Shown here: piece by piece, positions 27,861-36,321 of the stretch
How positions within the stretch are numbered: the first letter of the stretch is position 1
How the letters are laid out: the number at the start of each line of letters is the position of its first letter
Origin: Candidatus Omnitrophota bacterium
GTDB taxonomy: Bacteria > Omnitrophota > Gorgyraeia > JABMRG01 > JAFGKX01
Reading direction: 5' to 3'
NCBI GenBank assembly: GCA_043797125.1
Contig: JAZDPX010000032.1
Span: 10,425-74,424 of the forward strand
Length of the DNA stretch: 64,000 bases
The notes under the pieces: model-generated
Databases searched by the model: none
What the model saw: only the letters and a program-made list of their open reading frames with translations
What the model was told of the DNA's origin: nothing
Program-made: the position numbers and the translations under genes

Positions 27861-27973
27861 TGCCGGCTGGCAAGCGTTAAGTGTAAAGTAACAGCGTAGG
27901 ATATTTGATGTAAAGATAGCCGTAACTATTACAAATAACGTTGCGGCTATTTTAATATGAAGGATTTAATTTT

Positions 27974-29368
27974 GTGACTAAATTTTTTAGAAGGACAATC
28001 GCGGTTATTATTATCGCCGGCTTAGGCGCAGGCCAGGCGAGCGCCGACGCGCTCAGGCCTTCTGCCTTCGTGAATGGGCCTGAAAAAACAGCGCAAGAAC
28101 AGGCCTTCGAAAACCTTAAAAAGGCTTTTGATTTAAAAGGCGCGATAACCAAAGCTTTACTTGCCGAAGCGATAAATGAATTAGAGGATATATTTAATAG
28201 CCGCAGCCAAAGCGCGCGGGATACAATAGTAAACAATATTGCATATCCGTTTTTCGAAAGAGAAAAAGCCTCCCCCGGCAAAACCGCTTCGGAAACCCCG
28301 ATAAAGAAAGATCTGCTGGATAAAATTAAAGTTTTCGGGATAGATGTTATTCCTACGGGGGACGTTACTTTCATGTGGAAGGAGACAGCAAAAAATGGGC
28401 CTTTGGAATTAACAAACGTAATATATAATTCCGGCGGCGGCTCTGTGAACATAGCGAAGGTGTTCGCGAATTTTAATGAATATTTCGGCCTTATGTCTTT
28501 TGCGGGCAGAGGCAGATTCCATAAGAGATGGCGCCAAGATTTTGAAAGCGAGCACGTCATAAATTTCAGGTTTTTTACAGAGCAGCTTCACCGCAAGATA
28601 AATATTTATAATATTGTCAAGGGCGAAAAACTTCCTGTTCTATGCAGCAGGGGAAATACTATTCCAAGGGTTATAGTTAATGAGTTTTTAAAAATATTCG
28701 AAAAAAAGCTTAAAAAATGCAAAAATGTTAAATTTTTGACACTAAACGCCAGCTCAATGGTGGCGTTTGAAGACGCAGATGCGCTACGGGCATACAAAAA
28801 GATTATAGAAATCGCCCATAAGCATAAAAATAAAATCGAAGTTTTGATAGATTTTTCCTCGACCACAAAGCCGGATGTTATAAAAGCTGTTTTAGAATTA
28901 AATGAGCCAAGGAAGCGGCCTTGCGATATCATCACTCCGAGCCTTGAGCAGTTTATTAAGATATTGGAAAGCACAGGCTTGGCCAAAAAAAACGAGTTAT
29001 CCAGAGATACGCTGACCGACAAAAAAATAGCTACCTATGCCTGGCAGCTGATAAAGGACTATAACCTTTCAGCTGTCTTAATAAAGAGAGATAAGGACGG
29101 TTTGATATTGGTCAGGAACAATTATGAGTTTATGAGAGAAAAAGGGCTTGAGGTTGAAGTAGTATCTGAAATTGCTGCCGGAGACGCCGCTGCCGCCGGG
29201 CTTTTAATCGCTTTATCTGAAGGCAAAAGCTGGCAAGAAGCCATTAAGACGGCGGATTTATTTGGCGCCGCAACGGTTATTTTGCCCGCTACCGAGGTGG
29301 TTACCCCTGAAGCGCTTGATTTTGTCAAAAAAGAACAAATCCTGCAGAATATCTCCCAAGCGGCGTAA
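27974..29368 (+). CDS. PfkB-family (ribokinase/phosphofructokinase-B superfamily) carbohydrate kinase with N-terminal signal peptide; GTG start
   Basis: Signal MTKFFRRTIAVIIIAGLGAGQASADA. PfkB N-terminal glycine motif NSGGGSVNIAKVFANF. C-terminal ATP-site motif EIAAGDAAAAGLLIAL (cf. GAGDxFxGGFL). Confidence 0.75.
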   Translation: MTKFFRRTIAVIIIAGLGAGQASADALRPSAFVNGPEKTAQEQAFENLKKAFDLKGAITKALLAEAINELEDIFNSRSQSARDTIVNNIAYPFFEREKASPGKTASETPIKKDLLDKIKVFGIDVIPTGDVTFMWKETAKNGPLELTNVIYNSGGGSVNIAKVFANFNEYFGLMSFAGRGRFHKRWRQDFESEHVINFRFFTEQLHRKINIYNIVKGEKLPVLCSRGNTIPRVIVNEFLKIFEKKLKKCKNVKFLTLNASSMVAFEDADALRAYKKIIEIAHKHKNKIEVLIDFSSTTKPDVIKAVLELNEPRKRPCDIITPSLEQFIKILESTGLAKKNELSRDTLTDKKIATYAWQLIKDYNLSAVLIKRDKDGLILVRNNYEFMREKGLEVEVVSEIAAGDAAAAGLLIALSEGKSWQEAIKTADLFGAATVILPATEVVTPEALDFVKKEQILQNISQAA

Positions 29369-29395
29369 ATATCTGTGAATCTCGCCAATTTTTAT

Positions 29396-29423
29396 TTGAC
29401 ATTATATAGTATTAGACTATAAT
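29396..29423 (+). promoter_or_regulatory. Sigma70-like promoter TTGACA-16-TATAAT upstream of the flavoprotein gene (would give a leaderless or very short-leader mRNA)
   Basis: atTTGACAttatatagtattagacTATAATgtggcgatgaatatg. Confidence 0.4.
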
Positions 29424-29429
29424 GTGGCG

Positions 29430-29969
29430 ATGAATATGAAGGCCTTAGGCATAAACGCAAGCGCGAGGAAAAACGGAAACTGCGCTATCCTGCTCACCGA
29501 AGCGCTCAAAGGCGCAAAAGAGCAGGGCGCTGATACTGAAGTGGTGTTTTTGGATGAGCTTAAAATATCCGCATGGCGGGAAAAGCTGCCGAAAGACGAT
29601 ATGAACGCGCTTCTTGCAAAAATTAAAAGCGCGGATGCTATTATCCTGGCCTCGCCTATATATTTCGGCTCATTAAGCGCGCAGGCGAAGATTATGATAG
29701 ACCGCTGCCAGGGATTATGGGTGCAGAAGGAAATAAAGAAGCAGAAGATAAGACAGAATAAAGCACAAGCAGCATTTATATGCGCGCAAGCGGCTGATAA
29801 AAAAGAATTTTTCCAGAACGCGACGCAGATCGCAAAGAACTTTTTCGCTGTAATAGAGGCGGAATATAAGGAAGAGTTATTTTGCGTGGGGCTTGAGAAG
29901 GCGGGAGATGCCCACAAACACCCGGAATTTTTAAAAGCAGCGTATACCTTAGGAGGTAAAATCGTATGA
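29430..29969 (+). CDS. NADPH-dependent FMN reductase-like flavoprotein (start 29424/29430/29436 ambiguous)
   Basis: Flavodoxin-like fold motifs: KALGINASARKNGNCAILL...ASPIYFGSLSAQAKIMIDRC. Confidence 0.55.
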   Translation: MNMKALGINASARKNGNCAILLTEALKGAKEQGADTEVVFLDELKISAWREKLPKDDMNALLAKIKSADAIILASPIYFGSLSAQAKIMIDRCQGLWVQKEIKKQKIRQNKAQAAFICAQAADKKEFFQNATQIAKNFFAVIEAEYKEELFCVGLEKAGDAHKHPEFLKAAYTLGGKIV

Positions 29970-30199
29970 GCGAAGAAAAACCAAAAGAAGAAAAACCCAC
30001 AGCCCAAAGCTTAGAGCCCAAAGCTCAAAGCCCACAGCCCATCGTTGTTGGTGCCGGCCAAAAGAAGGTAAAAAAGATCAACAAGATGACTATGAAGGAA
30101 TTAGACAAGACCCTGGAAGATGTGCAGCAGAAGATGGGCAACCTGAAATCAAAATATGCCTTAGAGCTTCTTAAAAGAAAACGGGAACTTGCCGGATAG
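29966..30199 (+). CDS. Small K/E-rich hypothetical protein (77 aa) with predicted coiled-coil C-terminus
   Basis: RBS AGGAGG 11 nt upstream of the ATG, which overlaps the flavoprotein stop. Contains the DNA repeat aagcccaaagc...aagcccacagccca that is also found inside hisH. Confidence 0.45.
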   Translation: MSEEKPKEEKPTAQSLEPKAQSPQPIVVGAGQKKVKKINKMTMKELDKTLEDVQQKMGNLKSKYALELLKRKRELAG

Positions 30200-30204
30200 G
30201 TTTT

Positions 30205-30228
30205 GGATTCCCGCTTTCGCGGGAATGA
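30205..30228. repeat. Small hairpin ATTCCCGCtttcGCGGGAAT (family member; compare 49771-49791 attcccgcggaagcggggat)
   Basis: 8-bp GC-rich stem and a 4-nt loop directly after the small ORF stop. A near-identical stem in inverted loop orientation lies at 49771-49791. Confidence 0.6.
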
Positions 30229-30247
30229 CAAAGAGGAGGCAAATAAT

Positions 30248-30424
30248 ATGAAAGTTATAATTGACGAATCGTTATGTACAGGATGCGGACTTTGCGAAAA
30301 TGTATGCCCGGAAATATTTAAGGTAGATGACAATGTAGCAAAAGTCATATCAAAGGATTTCTCCTCATGCGATCCGCAGCAGGCAGCGGATGACTGTCCT
30401 GTCACCGCAATAATTATAGAGTAA
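30248..30424 (+). CDS. Single-cluster 4Fe-4S ferredoxin
   Basis: RBS GAGGAGG then ATG 30248. CTGCGLCENVCP ... C ... C pattern of monocluster ferredoxins. 58 aa. Confidence 0.7.
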   Translation: MKVIIDESLCTGCGLCENVCPEIFKVDDNVAKVISKDFSSCDPQQAADDCPVTAIIIE

Positions 30425-32140
30425 TTGAACAACACCCAGATAGCAGATATATTTGACAAAATAGCCGATATACTTGAACTTAAAGGTGAAAACCCGTTTA
30501 AGATCCGCGCATATCGCAGGGGGGCTGTCTCTATCAGGTCAATGCCTCAAGAAGTATCCGAATTTGCCAAAAGCAATCCCCTTACGTCTTTACCCGGCAT
30601 AGGCAAGGACCTGTCAGAAAAAATAACAGAGCTAATAAACACACATTCTCTCAAATATTATGAAGACCTGAAAAAAGCCACGCCCGCAGGCCTTCTTGAT
30701 ATAATGACGATTCCCGGAGTAGGTCCGAAGACCACCAAGCTTTTATACGACTCACTTAATATAGACAGCATTGAAAAGCTAAAAAAACACGCCCAACAGC
30801 ATAAGCTAAGTAAACTCCCTCATTTAAAAGAAAAAACCGAACAAAATATATTAGAAGGCATAAGCTTTCTTGAGAAAAGCTCAGGGCGAATGCTTCTTGC
30901 CAACGCAGTGTCTGCGGCGGAGTCTGCAATAGATTACCTGAAAAAAGCTGCGCCTGGCGCTGTTTTTTCCGCGGCAGGAAGCACGCGCAGAATGAAAGAT
31001 ACCATAAGGGATATTGATATTCTTGCGGCATCAAAAAAGCCAAAAACGGTAATGGATGCATTTGTGCATATGCCGCATGTCGATAAAATATCATCTAGCG
31101 GTGAAACAAAATCCTCAATACTGACAAAGGAAAATATCCAAATAGACATGCGCGTTGTTGACCCAAGCTCTTACGGCGCGGCGCTCGTGTATTTTACAGG
31201 TTCAAAAGAGCACAATGTGGGGCTAAGGCACCTTGCTATGAAAAGAGGCCTTAAGATAAATGAATATGGCGTATTTAAACACAATACCAATAAAAGGATT
31301 GCCGGGAAAACCGAGCAGGAAGTATATAAAAGCGTAGGCCTGGAATTTATTCCCCCGGAATTGCGCGAAAACAGGGGCGAAATAGAAGCTGCCGCAAAAG
31401 CCAAGCTGCCTAAACTCATAGAGGCTAAAGACATAAAAGGGGATTTGCACGCGCATTCAGATTATTCGGATGGAAAGCACAAACTTCAGGATATAGCGCA
31501 GTATTGCAAGGAAATCGGTTACGAATATATTGCCATAACCGACCATTCAAAATCCCTTAAGATAACAGGCGGTTTAAGCGAAGAAGCGCTTGCGAAAAAG
31601 AACAAGGAGATAGACGCCTTAAATAAAAAAATAAAAGGCATTAAAATATTAAAAGGCGCGGAAGTGGATATAGATTCGCAAGGCCAACTTGATTATTCAG
31701 ACGATATTTTAAAAGACATGGATGTTGTTATAGCTGCCATACACACAAGTTTTAAGCAGCCCAAGGATATAATGACAAAAAGGATACTTAAGGCAATGGA
31801 TAACAAATATGTCCACATAATAGCGCACCCCACAGGAAGGCTGCTTAATACAAGAGAGGCCTGTCAGGTAGACTTAAACGCGGTTATTAAACACGCCAAA
31901 GACACAAAAACAGCGATAGAAATAAACGGTAACCCCCAGCGTCTTGATTTGGATGATATTCACGCAAAGCAAGCCGCTGAAATAGGAGTGAAGATTGTTT
32001 TAACTACTGATATGCACCGGCTTGAACAATTCGAGTATATGCGCTTCTGTGTATCAGTAGCCCGTCGGGCATGGCTTACCAAAGCTTGCGTCCTTAACAC
32101 GCTTTCAGCAAGTGCTTTCTTGCAGGCCTTGAGGAAGTAA
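30425..32140 (+). CDS. polX: DNA polymerase X family protein with C-terminal PHP domain (TTG start abutting the ferredoxin stop)
   Basis: N-terminal HhH/pol-beta-like FKIRAYRRGA...LPGIGKDL...IPGVGPKT, nucleotidyltransferase region, PHP motifs DLHAHSDYSDG ... ITDH. Confidence 0.8.
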   Translation: MNNTQIADIFDKIADILELKGENPFKIRAYRRGAVSIRSMPQEVSEFAKSNPLTSLPGIGKDLSEKITELINTHSLKYYEDLKKATPAGLLDIMTIPGVGPKTTKLLYDSLNIDSIEKLKKHAQQHKLSKLPHLKEKTEQNILEGISFLEKSSGRMLLANAVSAAESAIDYLKKAAPGAVFSAAGSTRRMKDTIRDIDILAASKKPKTVMDAFVHMPHVDKISSSGETKSSILTKENIQIDMRVVDPSSYGAALVYFTGSKEHNVGLRHLAMKRGLKINEYGVFKHNTNKRIAGKTEQEVYKSVGLEFIPPELRENRGEIEAAAKAKLPKLIEAKDIKGDLHAHSDYSDGKHKLQDIAQYCKEIGYEYIAITDHSKSLKITGGLSEEALAKKNKEIDALNKKIKGIKILKGAEVDIDSQGQLDYSDDILKDMDVVIAAIHTSFKQPKDIMTKRILKAMDNKYVHIIAHPTGRLLNTREACQVDLNAVIKHAKDTKTAIEINGNPQRLDLDDIHAKQAAEIGVKIVLTTDMHRLEQFEYMRFCVSVARRAWLTKACVLNTLSASAFLQALRK

Positions 32141-32146
32141 TAATAG

Positions 32147-32176
32147 CCGTAGCGGAGCCTTAAGGCTCCGCTACGG
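32147..32176. repeat. CTTAAG-centred palindrome (type 2)
   Basis: ccgtagcggagccttaaggctccgctacgg, directly after the polX stop. Confidence 0.85.
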
Positions 32177-32188
32177 TTGTGGATTATA

Positions 32189-34960
32189 ATGAATAACAAA
32201 AACCATGATGTTATTGTAATCGGCGCGGGCCACGCAGGCTGCGAAGCTGCTTTGGCAAGTGCGCGCATGGGATGTCTCACCCTTATTATTACATTCAGCA
32301 AGGAGAAAATAGGATACATGTCCTGCAATCCGGCCATAGGCGGCTTGGGCAAGGGGCAGCTTGTCAAGGAAATCGATTCACTTGGCGGTGAAATGGCGCG
32401 CGCTACGGATTCCTGCGCAATACAATTCAGGATGTTGAATACCTCAAGAGGCGCTGCTGTGCGCTCATCGCGCGCGCAGGTTGACAGAAAAAGGTATTCT
32501 TTATATATGCAGAAGCAGCTGGCAAGCGAAAAAGGCCTCCAGATACTTGAGGATGAGGTTATAGGGTTAACGGTTAAAGGTGCGGTTGTTACAGGCGTAG
32601 AGCTTGCCGACGGAAATAAAATAAACGCCAAGGCAGTAATAGTAACTCCGGGCACATTTTTAAACGGTTTGATACACATTGGCATGAAAAGCTTTGAGGG
32701 CGGTAGGATAGAGGATAAAAAATCAAGCAAGCAGCTATCAGATTACTTAAAAGCCTTAGGGTTCAATATCCTGCGCTTTAAAACAGGCACATGCGCGCGT
32801 TTAGATGGCAAGACAATAGATTTTTCAAAGATGCAGCCTCAAATAGGTGACGAACCTCCTAAGCCTTTCTCCTTAAGCACGAAAAAACTTGATATTAACC
32901 AGGTTCCGTGTTATATTACTTATTCTAATAATAGGACACACGAGATTATTCTCAAAAATCTTGACCGCTCACCCCTATTTAGTGGAAAGATTACAGGCAC
33001 AGGCGTTCGCTACTGCCCTTCTTTTGAAGACAAGGTAGTTAAATTTCCTCATCACGATAGGCACCAGATATTTATTGAACCCGAAGGCAAGGATAGCGAT
33101 GAATTCTATCCTAACGGGCTTTCGACAAGTTTGCCGGAAGACGTTCAGATGGAGTTTATACATTCTATTCCCGGCTTGGAAAACGCCAAAGCCAACCGTT
33201 TAGGTTACGGGATAGAGCACGACGCAGTAGACCCGACGGCACTTTACCCTACTTTAGAAACAAAGCTCATTGAAAATTTGTATTTAGCCGGCCAGATTAA
33301 CGGCACAACAGGCTATGAAGAGGCAGCTGCTCAAGGCCTGATAGCAGGCATAAACGCCTCGTTAAAAGTAAAAAATAAACAGCCTTTGATTTTGGACCGT
33401 TCAAGCAGCTATATCGGAGTTTTAATAGACGATCTTACAACTAAAGGTACAAATGAGCCTTATCGCATGCTTACATCGAGAGTCGAATACAGGCTGCTTT
33501 TGCGCGAGGATAACGCTGATGCGCGTTTGCGTAAAATCGGTTTTGAGTTGGGCCTTGTAAGCGAGGCTGAATTGAAGGATACCGAGGAAAAGCAGAAAAA
33601 TATCGCGCAGGGAATAAAATATTTGGAAGAGCACAGCACATCCGTCGACGGCGAAAAGATCAATCTTTGCCAGTTTTTGAAGAGGCCGCAGGTAAGCATA
33701 GAAGGCATAAAGGAAAGTATACCCTTTGATTATTCCGCCGATGTACTTAAAGGCATTGAGATTGAAGTTAAATATTCAGGCTTCATCAAAAGGCAGTCCG
33801 CGCAGATAAGAAGCTTTAAAAATCTTGAGAAGATAAAAATACCCGCTAATTTAGATTACGTTAATATGAGCGCGCTTTCGCTTGAGACAAAAGAAAAGCT
33901 TTCCAAATTTAAGCCTGTGAATTTAGGCCAGGCGAGCAGGATATCGGGGATTACTCCGGCAGCGATAAGCGTGTTAATGATATACCTGAAGAAAGAGGGG
34001 ACGGTTCACTCCCAAGCGTGGAAAGTGTCCCCAAAGCACAGAAGTGGGGGTAAGGGGACACTTCCCAATCTTGGGAGTGAACCGTCCCCATATCGTAAAT
34101 TTTCACAATATTTAAAAGACAAATTCGGATGCAAAGTTTATAAAGTAAGCGTTGACGCGGGATTTGACTGTCCTAACCGCGACGGAAAGTTAAGCAAGGC
34201 AGGATGTATATTTTGCGATAATAAGGCGTTTAGTTTTAACAGCCGTTTTAGTCAAAAGCCGCTTAAAAAACAGATAGAAGACGGTATAGCGTTCGGTAAA
34301 AACAGGTACGCGGCAGAAAAATTCATAATATATTTTCAAGCTAATACAAACACATACGCGCCGGTTTGTGTTCTTAAGGAAAAATACGACACAGTTAAAG
34401 AATTCGGCGATATAGCAGGTATAAGCATAGGCACTAGGCCTGATTGCGTTAATGATGAGATTTTAGATTTAATAGCAAGCTATGCGTCAGATTACGATGT
34501 GTGGGTTGAGTATGGTTTGCAGAGCATACATAAAAAATCTTTGGAATTTTTAAACAGAAACCATTCTTACGAAGATTTTTTGGACGCTGTTCGAAAAGCA
34601 AAAAAAAGAAACATTAAGATATGCGCGCATGTGATTATAGGCCTTCCCAACGAAACGAAAGATGAAATTTTACAGACAGCAAAGGAGCTGGCGCGTCTTA
34701 AAATAGACGGCGTAAAAATTCATCCTCTTTATATTGTAAAGGGAACAAGCCTTGAAGCGCTTTTTAGAAGCAGTGTGTATAAACCGCTGGAATTAGATGA
34801 GTTTGTAAATCTGGCAGCGGCATTTTTGGAGAATCTTTCGCCGGACACCGTGGTCCAGCGAATAGGCGCTGATTGCCCTCCGGAAATGCTTGTTGAGCCG
34901 TCGTGGATACTTGAAAAGGAAAGAGTTCTTAACATGTTGGATGAAAAGCTAAGGAGTTAA
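32189..34960 (+). CDS. mnmG: tRNA uridine-5-carboxymethylaminomethyl modification enzyme MnmG (GidA), fused in one reading frame to a TIGR01212-type radical SAM domain
   Basis: MnmG: DVIVIGAGHAGCEAA, ...GITPAAISVLMIYLKK (canonical C-terminus). Frame then continues through a 93-bp palindrome into KFGCKVYKVSVDAGFDCPNRDGKLSKAGCIFC (TIGR01212 radical SAM signature). No in-frame ATG/GTG/TTG is available for an independent radical SAM start near the junction. Confidence 0.7.
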   Translation: MNNKNHDVIVIGAGHAGCEAALASARMGCLTLIITFSKEKIGYMSCNPAIGGLGKGQLVKEIDSLGGEMARATDSCAIQFRMLNTSRGAAVRSSRAQVDRKRYSLYMQKQLASEKGLQILEDEVIGLTVKGAVVTGVELADGNKINAKAVIVTPGTFLNGLIHIGMKSFEGGRIEDKKSSKQLSDYLKALGFNILRFKTGTCARLDGKTIDFSKMQPQIGDEPPKPFSLSTKKLDINQVPCYITYSNNRTHEIILKNLDRSPLFSGKITGTGVRYCPSFEDKVVKFPHHDRHQIFIEPEGKDSDEFYPNGLSTSLPEDVQMEFIHSIPGLENAKANRLGYGIEHDAVDPTALYPTLETKLIENLYLAGQINGTTGYEEAAAQGLIAGINASLKVKNKQPLILDRSSSYIGVLIDDLTTKGTNEPYRMLTSRVEYRLLLREDNADARLRKIGFELGLVSEAELKDTEEKQKNIAQGIKYLEEHSTSVDGEKINLCQFLKRPQVSIEGIKESIPFDYSADVLKGIEIEVKYSGFIKRQSAQIRSFKNLEKIKIPANLDYVNMSALSLETKEKLSKFKPVNLGQASRISGITPAAISVLMIYLKKEGTVHSQAWKVSPKHRSGGKGTLPNLGSEPSPYRKFSQYLKDKFGCKVYKVSVDAGFDCPNRDGKLSKAGCIFCDNKAFSFNSRFSQKPLKKQIEDGIAFGKNRYAAEKFIIYFQANTNTYAPVCVLKEKYDTVKEFGDIAGISIGTRPDCVNDEILDLIASYASDYDVWVEYGLQSIHKKSLEFLNRNHSYEDFLDAVRKAKKRNIKICAHVIIGLPNETKDEILQTAKELARLKIDGVKIHPLYIVKGTSLEALFRSSVYKPLELDEFVNLAAAFLENLSPDTVVQRIGADCPPEMLVEPSWILEKERVLNMLDEKLRS
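33997..34089. repeat. 93-bp nested palindrome (20-bp perfect outer arms and about 12-bp inner arms) lying in-frame at the MnmG/radical-SAM junction
   Basis: ggggacggttcactcccaag ... ggaaagtgtcccc ... ggggacacttcc ... cttgggagtgaaccgtcccc. 93 bp = 31 codons with no stop. Confidence 0.8.
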
Positions 34961-36304
<1,344 letters not shown>

Positions 36305-36321
36305 AAAAAAGGGAGCGCGTT

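Noticed and set aside
32177-32188. TTG start for mnmG inside the CTTAAG palindrome
   Set aside because: ATG at 32189 gives the canonical MnmG N-terminus (MNNKNHDVIVIGAGHAG); the TTG lies within the upstream palindromic element.
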